From Pachysolen tannophilus NRRL Y-2460 (taxonomy: Eukaryota): 64,000 nt of DNA. Positions 1-12,400 of this stretch are shown in pieces. The notes beneath the pieces were generated by a model. It was not told the origin of the DNA and did no database searches. It was given only the letters and a program-made list of their open reading frames with translations. The position numbers and the translations under genes were made by a program. The stretch lies in contig KV454017.1 of the NCBI GenBank assembly GCA_001661245.1, positions 62,001-126,000 of the forward strand, written 5' to 3'. Each line of letters opens with the position of its first letter. Position 1 is the first letter of the stretch.

Positions 1-1
1 T

Positions 2-262
<261 letters not shown>

Positions 263-464
263 GTGTAATCAATATTATAGATCTTTTCTTTTATTCAAAT
301 ATATATATATATATATATATATATCTTTCTCTCTCTTTCTTTTTTACTATTCTTTTTCTTTTTTTTTATTTTTATTTATTTTATATTTGTTCTTTACATT
401 AGTTATTTTTATATTTTTATTCATAATTACGCTCTAATTAGTTTAATGGAAAGTTTGTTTTATG

Positions 465-2252
465 CTATACATTATATTCTACAATTTCGTTGCAAGTCTC
501 TTTTAAATCACTAGTATAATCCTGATCTAATTCATCTTTTAAATTGTTCAAGATCTTAGCACAATCATACTTGAGATTATTCAACAATGCATTATACCCT
601 GTTCTCTTGTTATTGTCATTGTCATTATCAGAGTTGGAATTTTTAAGAATAAGCCAAATGTTTTGTAAGAATTGGTTCAACTGGTTGATATTAAGGTTGA
701 AAAATTTTGTTATAATTTCTTTATTTGATAATAAAATACCTAAAGTTTTAACCTTTGCAAATAAATATTCAAATGGCACAGAAGAAGATAATTTTTTTTG
801 GGATTCATCAATGAAAACATATTTCAATAGGCAATTGATGTGTATATCATTTTCAATTTTAAAATCAGTCCTTATGTATATGGCATCTAAAGTCTTGTAT
901 ATCAACATCAAATTTTGATAAAAAAGTGATTCATGAGATTTAATATTCAGAGTATTTTCGTATTCATCAATAAATTTACAAATAATTTTGCTAAATAGTT
1001 GATAATAAAAATCATCATTGAGTAATTTGGACAAAAGAATATCATCAATATTATTTATAAATTTGTGTAAAAATTTAGACATCATGAGTGAAATTTCACC
1101 ATAATAAGTAAGTAATTCTTTATTTCCATAATAAAATTTAACTGATTCTAATAAATAATTATAATATTGATGATTTTCATCATGGAAAAAATGGTTTAAA
1201 CTAGGATCCCAAATTTGAATTAATAGATGAATACTTTGTAAATTTATAAAATCAATCTTATCACCTCTTTGCAGTTTCTGGATATAATTATACAAAAATT
1301 CAAAATCTTTCATAACTATGGTTTCATTTTTTGCAAGTAATTCCAATTTTTCCTTATCGTTATTAATGGAATTCCCAATAATGATAAAATTTGAAGCTAT
1401 AACGTATGGGTTTTCATAATTTTTAAGAATTTCAAAATTATCATTAATTTCTAACTTATTACTATTTTGTTCAAGAGCTGAAATTGATCCCATTATACTA
1501 AATATGATTTTGGAAAATTCAATTATCATTGGATTTTTCAAAAATAAAATTTCACTTAATTTTGAAAGATATAATTGTAGATGGAATTCAAATTCTTCTT
1601 TATCAGAAAATTCAAGTTTAAATTTGGATAAATTATTCAAAAGTAGAAAATAAGGTTCCAATTCTTGTTCAATTATCTGATTTTTAGAATTTATAATATT
1701 TAATAAATAACTTATATATTCCTGAAATTGAGAAATGGGAATTTTATAATCTTGAAAGTCTTCTTTTGTAAAATCTGTTAATAATTCAATAAGTTCCAAA
1801 TCTGTATTATCTTTTTCTCTTAATATACATTTAAGCAATACTTCAATTGCAATTTTAAATTGTGGTAATTTTTTTAATGATTTAAGAATTTGTTCATTAT
1901 CCATTATTAAATTTTGTAAAAAAATAATTGTTCTTTGCTGATAAACGTTATTAGGTAATATATCTGATAAAATCTTCCCCACCAACAACTTTTGTTCAAT
2001 TAATAACTCTCTATTGTAATCATTATCAGCAACATAGTTGATTAAAAACCGCAACTCTTCCAAAACCAAATCTTGTTCATCCAGAAGTAAAAAAATTTTA
2101 TCTGTTAACAATTGAAAATTCTTTCTAATATATTCATTATCCCTATTAATAGGATCTCTTAAGAAAACAGCCAACTCAGAAAAAGCTTCCTTCACTAATA
2201 AGCAGTTCCCACCAATTATCAAGTCCACATCTTGCTCTATACTGTTGGTCAT
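465..2252 (-). CDS. BEM4: Bem4-like ARM-repeat protein (Rho GTPase interactor)
   Basis: 595 aa; N-terminal LAVFLRDPINRD...ELRFLINYVADNDYNRELL resembles Bem4 LAVSLREPSNRD...IRCIANAIIDNDDNREIL (recalled). Confidence 0.65.
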   Translation of the reverse strand: MTNSIEQDVDLIIGGNCLLVKEAFSELAVFLRDPINRDNEYIRKNFQLLTDKIFLLLDEQDLVLEELRFLINYVADNDYNRELLIEQKLLVGKILSDILPNNVYQQRTIIFLQNLIMDNEQILKSLKKLPQFKIAIEVLLKCILREKDNTDLELIELLTDFTKEDFQDYKIPISQFQEYISYLLNIINSKNQIIEQELEPYFLLLNNLSKFKLEFSDKEEFEFHLQLYLSKLSEILFLKNPMIIEFSKIIFSIMGSISALEQNSNKLEINDNFEILKNYENPYVIASNFIIIGNSINNDKEKLELLAKNETIVMKDFEFLYNYIQKLQRGDKIDFINLQSIHLLIQIWDPSLNHFFHDENHQYYNYLLESVKFYYGNKELLTYYGEISLMMSKFLHKFINNIDDILLSKLLNDDFYYQLFSKIICKFIDEYENTLNIKSHESLFYQNLMLIYKTLDAIYIRTDFKIENDIHINCLLKYVFIDESQKKLSSSVPFEYLFAKVKTLGILLSNKEIITKFFNLNINQLNQFLQNIWLILKNSNSDNDNDNNKRTGYNALLNNLKYDCAKILNNLKDELDQDYTSDLKETCNEIVEYNV

Positions 2253-2763
2253 TGTTCTTATAATCTGGTATTAATCAATTTAAAGTTGTTAATTGATATT
2301 TTGTGGGGACGGACATAAACATTTTTTGAAAAATTTTTTGAAGTTTTCTACTCAAAGAGAAAAAGAACGGGAAAAAACCCAAAATCCCGCTTAAATTTCC
2401 CGCCTAATTTTTACTGGGACTCCTGCCTAAAAAAAAAACCATTTTTCCCGCCCAACTTTTTCAGCAGACCGGCTCCTCCAGCCTGTTTTCACCGCCCAAA
2501 AAAAGGCGGTGAATGGGAAGGCGGAGCAAGCACCAAAGCAGGTACCAAAGCAGCAGGAGCAAATGGTGATGGATAATGGATGAGCTTATTCTTTTCTTCT
2601 TTAAGTTGGTAGAGAACTTTCCAATTATAGGTTCGAATCTGTGCCAAAAGAGTATTTGGAATAAAGTTGAGAAAACCTATCTAACAGAAACTCTTTTTAT
2701 TATAATTTAAATAAATAAATCTATATTAAATATAAAGAATATATATATTAAAATGTTTTTTTT

Positions 2764-3681
2764 TTAAATATTTTTTTTAGTTATTTTTGAATCATCTTCA
2801 AAGATATGAACATCGGCAAGACTTTTCATATTAGGTTTCAATACCAATTGACCAAAAAATTTCCATTTCCAAATTAAATCATAATTATTTTCAAGACCTT
2901 CAAGATAAGTAACTAATATTTCCATATATAGGACAAAATTATATATTCCTAAACTTGTAAAAATATGCCACCAACCATGACCTTCAAGTAAAAAACCTAA
3001 TGGTATTCCAAATAAATTTCTTCTTAAATTTATTAAATGAATACAAAATTCATTATCTATATTCCATATGAAAAATCCAAATGCAAATAATGAAAATGAT
3101 TTAAATAATAATTTATATAAAAAAATTCTTTGTTTTTGATCTTTAACTTTTTTATTTGTTAATAATAATGATCTAATAATTATTGCAAAATTTAAAAATG
3201 CATAACAAATTTGATGTATTACTGGATCTTTATATATGAAACAATAAATAATAGTCATTACAAGCATCAGTGTGAAAACTAATATACATGTTAATTTCTT
3301 TATAAATACAGAATTACCATAACCAAATAAATAAGCAGAAGGAATTGCAGTAACATAAATCATTGGTAATTCATCCATTAATTGAAATTCATATTTTAAT
3401 GTCATATGGAAAAACCATGATCCTAAACCAACTACTCCCATTCCAATTGATACAAATATAAATAAATTACCCAACTTATTCTTCAATGCAGAATATAAAT
3501 GATACATCGATAAAATGAAAAATGATAAATTTGTTGTAGCATTAATAAATTCTGCGAAAAATGGTGAAATAACATAATTTTCTTCACACCAATCAATAGT
3601 AGCTGTAACTGGACCCCAATACCCAATAAAATCTAAAGGTTTAGGTTCGGGATATTCTCTAAACACAAATTCAAAACTCAT
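2764..3681 (-). CDS. YPC1: Alkaline ceramidase (Ypc1/Ydc1 family), copy A
   Basis: GYWGPVTATIDWCEENY, GSWFFHMTLKYEFQLMDELPM, LLEGHGWWHIFT motifs; first ATG at 3681 (track start is non-ATG). Confidence 0.9.
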   Translation of the reverse strand: MSFEFVFREYPEPKPLDFIGYWGPVTATIDWCEENYVISPFFAEFINATTNLSFFILSMYHLYSALKNKLGNLFIFVSIGMGVVGLGSWFFHMTLKYEFQLMDELPMIYVTAIPSAYLFGYGNSVFIKKLTCILVFTLMLVMTIIYCFIYKDPVIHQICYAFLNFAIIIRSLLLTNKKVKDQKQRIFLYKLLFKSFSLFAFGFFIWNIDNEFCIHLINLRRNLFGIPLGFLLEGHGWWHIFTSLGIYNFVLYMEILVTYLEGLENNYDLIWKWKFFGQLVLKPNMKSLADVHIFEDDSKITKKNI

Positions 3682-4067
3682 TTCACCTCTACCAACCAAA
3701 ATAAATATATAATTAAATAAATAAATTTTATAGTTATTTATAACGTTATTTTAAATGTGAAAACCTTTTCCGATTTGACCCTTAAAAAATAAAAATAAAA
3801 AAAATTTAAAATGAAAATTTAAATTGAGGCTTCAATTGGTTGAATTGAAGTCAAATCCGAGTTTACAACTAGTAATTGACTTGTATCGAGGTCTTTTAAA
3901 CCTTTAAAGAGAGATTGGAGATCTAGTTATTGGAGTATTTAGGGTATCTAGTTTTTGTTGTATATATGTATATAATCTCTATTTAAAAAAAAAAAAAGGG
4001 AAGAAGAAGAAGAAGAAAAAAAAACCCATAAAATCCAAAAATTTTTTTTTTTGATGGTTGGTATAAT

Positions 4068-5165
4068 CTAAGATGCTTTGACTTGAACAATAGGTTCTTT
4101 AGAAACAGCTGGAGCAGCAGCAGCTGATGTAGTAGTAGCAGAAACTTTTTCTTCTTGAGAGGAAGCTCTAGCTGAAGTTTTAGACAAATTTTTTGAATTC
4201 AAATTTGTTTCACCTTTTGCTTGTAATAAATTTTTTTCTGTTTTCTCAAAATCATCTTTACCATTTAAATTCAAGACATAATTCCCATTAAACTTATCCA
4301 AATAAGTTTTATCCCCATTTATTAATACCACTTCACCCAAGATTCCAAACCTATAAACCAATTTATAATCATTTTGTCTTTTTTCAAACCAAATTGACAA
4401 GATTTCATTATATAATATAAAATTATATATTCCTAAACTTGTAAAAATATGCCACCAACCATGACCTTCTAATAAAAAACCTAATGGTAATCCAAATAAA
4501 TTTCTTCTCCAAAAAATTAATTTTGAACAAAAAATTGTATCAAGATTCCAAAATAAAAAACCTAACATGAATTGTGATAATGCATTAAATACTTTCCAAT
4601 AAAGATATTTACGAATTTTTAAACTTGTTACATGTTTATTAACCAATAATAATGATTTAACAACTATTGAAATATTTAAAATTGCATAACTTGTTTGATG
4701 TAAAATTGGATTTGTGTAAACTGAACAATATACAAGTGTTAAAGTTAATATTATAATAAAAGTTCCCAAATAAACAATATAAAATTTAATAAAATTTGAT
4801 TTATCAATACCATGAATATAAGCAAATGGAATCAGACTGAAAAAAATCATTGGTAATTCATCTAATAATTGAAATTCATATTTTAATGTCATATGAAATA
4901 ACCATGATCCTAACCCAACAATCCCCATACCTATTGAAACTATCATAAATAATAACCCATGATTATTCTTATATGATGAATATAAATGATACATTGATAA
5001 AAAGAAAAATGATAAATTTGTTGTAGCATTAATAAATTCTGCGAAAAAGGGTGAAATAACATAATTTTCTTCACACCAATCAATAGTAGATGTTACCGGA
5101 CCCCAATACCCTTGATAACTCTCCATATTCAACGGATAATCTGTGAATAAAGGAAATGAACTCAT
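4068..5165 (-). CDS. YDC1: Alkaline ceramidase (Ypc1/Ydc1 family), copy B, with longer C-terminal tail
   Basis: Same ceramidase motifs as copy A; first ATG at 5165. YPC1 versus YDC1 naming is arbitrary here. Confidence 0.85.
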   Translation of the reverse strand: MSSFPLFTDYPLNMESYQGYWGPVTSTIDWCEENYVISPFFAEFINATTNLSFFFLSMYHLYSSYKNNHGLLFMIVSIGMGIVGLGSWLFHMTLKYEFQLLDELPMIFFSLIPFAYIHGIDKSNFIKFYIVYLGTFIIILTLTLVYCSVYTNPILHQTSYAILNISIVVKSLLLVNKHVTSLKIRKYLYWKVFNALSQFMLGFLFWNLDTIFCSKLIFWRRNLFGLPLGFLLEGHGWWHIFTSLGIYNFILYNEILSIWFEKRQNDYKLVYRFGILGEVVLINGDKTYLDKFNGNYVLNLNGKDDFEKTEKNLLQAKGETNLNSKNLSKTSARASSQEEKVSATTTSAAAAPAVSKEPIVQVKAS

Positions 5166-5365
5166 ATCCAAACACAAAATTAAAATCCTATAGTTTTTTC
5201 TTTCTTTTAATAAAATCAAATCAAATTATTAAAACTTGTTCTTATACCTCTTCTTGTACAGTACTATTGTTTTTTTTTGTTACTACTATACGTACGTATT
5301 GATAACACATAGTGAACCAAAAGGAAAGTGTGTGAAAACAAAACCCTCTGCTATCAGGAAACACG

Positions 5366-5452
5366 GGGTCGTTTAGTGACCCAATTTGTAAAAGTAACAA
5401 AAAAAAAAAAAGAATCCTTCTCAAAACCGAAATCTGGTTCACTAAACGACCC
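5366..5452. promoter_or_regulatory. 18-bp inverted repeat (17/18 match), each arm with TCGTTTAG (Upc2/Ecm22-type sterol/anaerobic element)
   Basis: GGGTCGTTTAGTGACCCA (5366-5383) and TGGTTCACTAAACGACCC (5435-5452), in the divergent ceramidase-B/SUR1 promoter. Confidence 0.6.
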
Positions 5453-6611
5453 TATTTTTTTTTTATTTGTTTTCGCTAGCGCAGGGACTTCTTTTTTTTT
5501 CCTTTTTTTTTTTACATTTTTTTCCTTTCCCAATAGAAAAGGTGAGTAAAACGTACAAAAAAAGAAACAAAAAAATTTAGGATGCATCAATTAAGTACCC
5601 AGTATTAAAATTAAATTTAAATTAAAATTAAAATTATTGTTTATTGTTTGCCCCTCCCCACTAATACCAATTATTATGCCTTTTTTGCCCTTTTATTTTT
5701 CCTTTCTAATACTTAAATCTCAGCAAGTGTAGCAAGCCCTGTAGGCGCAAAAATCAATGCAGAAACAGAAGCAGAAGCTGCTGCTGCAGCTAAAAAAAAC
5801 AAAAAAAACAAATTCACTGGTTATCTTTTTTTTTTTTTATTAAAGAATGTGCGGTGCATACACAAAAGCGGTTGGTGGAGGTACGTGTAAAAATCATACT
5901 GTGCCTGTTTTGTGCACATCTTTAATGCGCATTTGTGCTGCTTATCGTTTTACAACACCACTTTTTTTCGTTCTTTCTTTCTTTATTTGTTTCAATCAGT
6001 GAAATTTTTAAACTGTAAAAACCAAAAAACCAAAAAAAAAAAAAAAAAGGCTGTGTAAAAGAAAGAAAAATTGCATAATAAAAAAATGAAAATACAAGAT
6101 GGTAAGATATTATTAGATTAATTTTATTTTATTATCATTTGTATTATCATTCTTTTTTTAGATCATTAATCACTCTTTAAACAGATATATATATATATTT
6201 ATATATATCGATATATATTTATAATATATTATTAATTAACTTTTTTTTTTTTTTCAATTGTTGTTTGTTGTTGTTGTTGTTGTGTTTTTGTTTACTTTTT
6301 AAAAAAGAAATTTTCTTTTATTTTTTTTTTAGAATTGAAAACTCTTTTGTGGTGTTTTTAATACTTTAGTACTTTAGTACTATTAAATTTAATTAATTAA
6401 ATTTCTAGAAAACAAGGAGGAAAAGTTGTTTAAAAGTAAAGTCGGCTTCGCTTTAAAAGTCTGAAGATAAAATTTTTCAATTAAATTTTATTGATTCCAA
6501 CTAATTTACATTCATTTGATAAGTTTTAAAGTAACCGCTGTTGTGTTTGTTTTTCTTTTTTTCTTTCTTTGTTGGTTGTTTTTTTTTCTTTTTTAACAAC
6601 AATTATACATC

Positions 6612-7625
6612 ATGAGACTGGAAGTTCAATATTTTTTGCTTGTACACTTGGTGATTGTGATTATTCTGGTTTCTCAAACATTTGATTTGATGACATTGCT
6701 TTATGATGATTCGATTAAAGATTCATTTACAGATGAAGAATTATATAATTCATCATCATCACAATTACAATTGATTCCTAAAATTATACATCAAACTTAT
6801 AAGACTAGAGATATTCCTGAAGTATGGAAGCTGGGACAACAAGCTTGTATTGATTTACATCCAGATTATCAATATATTTTATGGACAGATGAAATGGCTA
6901 TGGAATTTATTGCTAGAGAATATCCTTGGTTTTTAGAAACTTTTAAAAATTATAAATTTCCAATAGAAAGAGCAGATCTGATTAGATATTTTGTATTGAG
7001 TCATTATGGAGGTGTTTATATTGATTTAGATGATGGTTGTAAAAAAAGATTGGATCCTTTATTAACTGCATCAGCTTTTTTAAGAAAAACAATTCCAACT
7101 GGTATTTCAAATGATTTAATGGGATCTGTTCCAAAACATCCTTTTTTCATAAAAGCAATAAATAATTTGAAAAAATATGATAGAAATTGGTTATCTCCAT
7201 ATATTACAGTAATGTATTCAACTGGTCCTTTATATTTAAGTGTTATTTGGAAACAATATAAAAGATGGGGAGTTGATAATCAATTTATTGTTAAAATTTT
7301 ACAACCAAATGCTTATAAAAAATCAGAAAATGCTTTTTTCAACATTTCAAAAGGTTCATCATGGCATAAAGATGATGCAAAATTTATGTTTTTAATGCTG
7401 CATCATATTCCATGGGCAATTGCAGGAGGTTTTTTATTAGCAGCTATAATCTTATTAATGGAATATTCATTATATAGATTCTTTGTTTCAGGAAAATTTA
7501 GATACTGGTGTTGCTGGAAACAAAATCAGTATTTTGATCTTGAACTGCGTGGTGGAAATAATAGTAGAGGAGAAAATCAAGATTCAGAAGAATTGGATTT
7601 ATTAGTTAAAACTAGAATTGATTAG
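6612..7625 (+). CDS. SUR1: Mannosylinositol phosphorylceramide synthase catalytic subunit (GT32)
   Basis: IPKIIHQTYKT, RYFVLSHYGGVYIDLDDGC (DxD), GISNDLMGSVPKHPFF, STGPLYLS; N- and C-terminal TM segments; next to YSY6, as CSH1 is in S. cerevisiae. Confidence 0.92.
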   Translation: MRLEVQYFLLVHLVIVIILVSQTFDLMTLLYDDSIKDSFTDEELYNSSSSQLQLIPKIIHQTYKTRDIPEVWKLGQQACIDLHPDYQYILWTDEMAMEFIAREYPWFLETFKNYKFPIERADLIRYFVLSHYGGVYIDLDDGCKKRLDPLLTASAFLRKTIPTGISNDLMGSVPKHPFFIKAINNLKKYDRNWLSPYITVMYSTGPLYLSVIWKQYKRWGVDNQFIVKILQPNAYKKSENAFFNISKGSSWHKDDAKFMFLMLHHIPWAIAGGFLLAAIILLMEYSLYRFFVSGKFRYWCCWKQNQYFDLELRGGNNSRGENQDSEELDLLVKTRID

Positions 7626-7744
7626 AAAAACAAAAAAAAAAAAAAAAAAAAGATTTTATTATTTTTTTATCTTATCATCACTTTACAAATGGGCGTCATT
7701 CTCTTATCTTTAATTATTATAGCCATTGTATATTAAGCATTCAG

Positions 7745-8165
7745 NNNNNNNNNNNNNNNNNNNNNNNNNNNNNNNNNNNNNNNNNNNNNNNNNNNNNNNN
7801 NNNNNNNNNNNNNNNNNNNNNNNNNNNNNNNNNNNNNNNNNNNNNNNNNNNNNNNNNNNNNNNNNNNNNNNNNNNNNNNNNNNNNNNNNNNNNNNNNNNN
7901 NNNNNNNNNNNNNNNNNNNNNNNNNNNNNNNNNNNNNNNNNNNNNNNNNNNNNNNNNNNNNNNNNNNNNNNNNNNNNNNNNNNNNNNNNNNNNNNNNNNN
8001 NNNNNNNNNNNNNNNNNNNNNNNNNNNNNNNNNNNNNNNNNNNNNNNNNNNNNNNNNNNNNNNNNNNNNNNNNNNNNNNNNNNNNNNNNNNNNNNNNNNN
8101 NNNNNNNNNNNNNNNNNNNNNNNNNNNNNNNNNNNNNNNNNNNNNNNNNNNNNNNNNNNNNNNNN
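7745..8165. other. Assembly gap (421 N)
   Basis: Run of N. Confidence 1.
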
Positions 8166-8437
8166 TTACTATATATAACTTACTTAATTTTTTTTTTTTT
8201 TGAAATATTATTATTTTTGAAGTTTCATTTATTTCTTTTTTTTTTTTTGATATTTTTGTTTTTTGGAATTTTTATTTTGAGGTTAATTGAACTTTTATGT
8301 TTTTGAAATTATAAAGTAAAAAAGTAGAAACTTAATAGTTTTATTAATATGATCTTAAAGTTGTAAAAAAAAAGAATTTTTTTTTCATATTTCCACTATA
8401 TAGTCCTGTAAAAAAGTAATCTTGCTAGTCTTAATAA

Positions 8438-8509
8438 AGCGCTTTGGCGCAGTGGAAGCGCGCAGGGCTCATAACCCTGATGTCCTAGGATCGAAACCTA
8501 GAAGCGCTA
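8438..8509 (+). tRNA. Initiator tRNA-Met (CAT)
   Basis: AGCGCTTTGGCGCAGTGGAAGCGCGCAGGGCTCATAACCCTGATGTCCTAGGATCGAAACCTAGAAGCGCTA: A1-U72 pair, GGG/CCC anticodon stem, GATC T-loop typical of eukaryotic initiator tRNA; T-runs downstream. Confidence 0.97.
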
Positions 8510-8640
8510 GTTTTATTAGACATTTTTTTTTTATTTATTTATTAACTTTCTATTTTTTTGCTTGTTATATCTTAGTTGTTCAATTTAAATTTTATAATTA
8601 TATATTCATTAGAATAATTATAGGAGATATATATTACAAG

Positions 8641-9038
8641 ATGGTAAGTTTTAATTTAGGATTTGTTTTCTTTTTTGGTAGATATCTTTTTTAAAAATTT
8701 AAGCTAACCGCTGTTTGATTTTTTTTTTCTTTTTAAAATAAAATAAGGCTCTTCAAACACCAAAACAACGATCTGCTAATGCCAAATTTGCTAAAAAATT
8801 GGAAAAACAAATGGGTAAACCAAAATCATCTTTTAAAAAAAAGAAAGAGTTACCAATCTCTAAAAGTTGGTTATGTAAGTATGGATTATAATTTAAGCGC
8901 TATTAAATAATTAGATATATTGATTAATTTATTATATACTAACTAATTTGGTTCTTGTTTTCTTTTGTTTTTAAAGTTTTACTTGCATTTTTAGTATGTG
9001 GTGGTGCCGTATTGGAACTTGTTCGCATGTTCTTCTAA
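8641..9038 (+). CDS. YSY6: Ysy6/RAMP4 (SERP1) ER tail-anchored protein; exons 8641-8643, 8748-8874, 8977-9038
   Basis: ATG|GTAAGT..GCTAAC..AAG and GTAAGT..TACTAAC..AAG introns; spliced product MALQTPKQRSANAKFAKK...LPISKSWLFLLAFLVCGGAVLELVRMFF. Absent from the ORF track. Confidence 0.92.
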
Positions 9039-9405
9039 GTTGAGAACAACATTAAATTTTATTATCAAGATATAAGATAGGTTTCATGATAATGTTGGTG
9101 TATTGACCTCCTTTGTATTTAACCGCCGTTGACGTTAACCGCCGTTTAAACTACATTTGTTGATTTTAATTCTGAAAGAAGAAGGGAGGTTTGCGGTCGT
9201 GTAAATTAAACTCAAAAAACACTTGTAAAAAAAAAAAAGTTAAAAAAATTACTTTTTTTTTTTGCCCTGGTTTAATACCATTTTTGTAGGATAAAAGATA
9301 TAAAAAAAAAACAAAATTAAGTAAGTAATATTTATTTTATTTTTTCATTTAAAAAAAGCAAGAACTTGTTCTTGTTCTTGTTAGTGTTGGTTCATCTATT
9401 TGACC

Positions 9406-12400
9406 ATGAAGTTTGCTCAGTATTTGAATGAGAATGCTGTTCCTGAATGGAAGGTGCAATATTTCGATTATAAACAGGGTAAAAAAAAATTGAAAAAATT
9501 TAATCTTGGTAAATCCCCAAGTATATCATTTCATTCATCTTCAATTACTGATACTCCATTATTAAGAGGAATTCATAAGAAAAATTCAAATACTCAAAAA
9601 TCACAACAAAATGATTCGGGTCGTCCTCATTGGAGAAGAGAAAGTGGTGATGGTGGCATTAGTTCTGGAAATGCTGATATTCCTTCTCCTATAGTTGAAT
9701 CTGCTCCTTCATCTCCAAACAATTCTATTCAAAGAAAAGCATCATTGATATCGTTTAATTTACCTCCTCCTGCATTAAGTCTTGATAGACGTCCTAGTGA
9801 AGAAATTCATCCTCATAATGAAAGAATAGATGATAACACTCTTGAAAATACAAATGATAAAACTCCATTATTATTACCCGGTAATGAACCCAAAATTAAT
9901 AATCAAACTCCAGCTTCTTCACCTATACCAATAACTGCCGAACAATTTTCTGATATTCAAACTTTGAAAAAAAGGCATACAGAAAATGGTTCCTTACCAA
10001 CAAGAACAAGAAGTAAATCTCTGATGGAAAATTTTTATAAAACAATAAGATCAAATTCATTTAGTTTCCCATCAACACCATTATCATCAGGTAATAATAA
10101 TAACCATAATAATCATAATCTTAATAATAATAATAATAACAATAATAATAATAATAATGAACATTATGAAAATTATCAATTACAATCATATCACGATTTT
10201 GCTAAACAAGAATTTATTCTTTGGATTGATAGCCAATTATTTAAGATTGAAAGTTTTTATAAAGAAAGAGAAGCACAAAGTTTAGAAAGATTTTTAATTT
10301 TACAAGATCAAATTTCACAATTAAGAGAACAAAGAACATATACTAAAAAAATTTTATTACAAGTACGTAGTAAAGGATTTATAGAAAATGAAAATGAAAA
10401 TGAAAATGAAGAAATTCGACAAAAAAATTTAGAAAATAATCATAATCATCATAATTTAATAGCAGATTTTAATTATTTGACTGCAACAACTAAAAATAAA
10501 ATGTTCAAGATTAACAAATTTGAATTACCCTCGTTACCAACACTTGATTGGTTTTGGGGGAAAGGAAGAGAAAAAGAATATTATGATGAAGGTTATGATG
10601 AAAATGAACAAAGTATGAATAATGAATCAGAAGATTTAAAAACTTCTGAGGACGAAGTATACGAAGAAGATGAAGGTTCAAGTAATTCCAATAATAATCA
10701 TCTTCATCAACAGCAGCAGCAACGTAAAAGTAATTTAAGAGATGATCCTAGATTTAATAAAAGAGATTATAGAAGAAAACAAGTACCAGAACATCTCGAA
10801 TTTAAAGTCCCATATTATATAGCCAGAAGACAATTGAAAACTGCTGTTTTTGAATTTTACAGATCTTTGGAATTATTGAAATCCTATCGTATATTAAACA
10901 GAACTGCTTTTAGAAAAATGTTGAAAAAATTTGACAAGACAACTAATAGTCATTATTTACCTGACTATATGGAAAAAATTGATAAATCTTACTTTGTGGA
11001 AAGTGAAATTTTAGATGAATTATTATCAAGTGTCGAAGATATGTATTCTCTGGCTTTTGAAAAAAAAAATAGAAAAATTGCTATAGCTAAATTGAGATCA
11101 AATGAAGTAGTTAAAACTTATTATGGCCCATTTTTCAGTTCAGGTCTTTTACTTGGTTTTGCTCTACCTTTATTTATATTAGCTCTATACAAAGGTGTAT
11201 CTGACACTGTAAGTAGAGTTTTACCAGAAGGTAGATACCTTTTGCAAATCTGGGGTGGATTTTTCATTGCAACATTGATGTCATTGTTATTCGGAGTAAA
11301 TTGTTTTATTTGGACCAAATTTAAAGTTAATTATAAATTCATCTTTGAGTTCAATACTAAAACTGCATTAGATTTTAAACAATTCTTCTTATTACCCTCA
11401 TTTTTCATGCTGATGTTATCACTTTTTGGATGGTTTAGTTTTAATAATTTTTGGCCTTATCATTTCCCTGGAAGAGATTGGCCTTGGTTTTTTGTTGGTT
11501 TTACCCTTGTAATTATTTTTTGTCCTTTTGAAATATTTTATTATCATTCGAGGAAATGGTTGTTAACCACTATATTAAGATTATTATTTAGTGGGTTTTA
11601 TCCCGTTGAATTTAGAGATTTTTTCATTGGTGACATATTCTGCTCTTTAACATATGCAGTAAGTAATATTAGTTTTTTCATATGTCTCTATGCAACTCAT
11701 TGGGATGGTCCATTAACAGGAGGAGATACAAGATGTGGATCTTCTCATTCTAGATTAATGGGATTTTTGGCAACACTTCCAAGTTTATGGAGATTTATGC
11801 AATGTCTTCGACGTTATGCAGATACAGGAGATTGGTTCCCGCACTTGGCAAATTGTTTGAAATATACCATTTCCACTATTTATTATGTTTTATTAAGTGT
11901 CTATCGTATTGACAGGTCATTACAAAATAGAATTGTTTTCATAATATTTGCAGCGATAAATTCTATATATAGTTCCATTTGGGATATATTCATGGATTGG
12001 TCATTAATGCAAGCTGGCTCAAAATATCCATTCTTAAGAAACGATTTGATTTTTAAAAATCCTATTTATTATTATTTAGCAATAATTTTTGATGTTTGCA
12101 TGAGATTTCAATGGATTTTTTACGCATTATTTGCTCAGCAGATTCAACAAAGTGCAGTTACAAGTTTTTTCATTGCACTTGCTGAAGTCTTACGAAGATT
12201 TGTTTGGATTTTTTTCCGTATGGAAAATGAACATTGTACCAATGTTCACTTATTTAGAGCCTCAAGAGATACCCCATTACCGTACCCTGTGGATAGACAA
12301 GCAGTAAGAAAGAAAGTCGAAGCTAAATTAGGTTCTCATCTAAGAGGCCCATTGGCCACCACCGCTTCCACTACTGCTGTTTCTCCAACTAGTTATCACA

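Noticed and set aside
2488..2513. 9-bp GC-rich hairpin TTCACCGCC/GGCGGTGAA and nearby CCCGC repeats
   Set aside because: Looks like a bacterial terminator but this is a eukaryotic promoter; too short to assign a function.
7726..8178. 150-aa ORF in the track
   Set aside because: Artefact of translating the N gap.
8422..8694. 90-aa ORF
   Set aside because: Non-ATG start; overlaps tRNA-iMet and the YSY6 intron.
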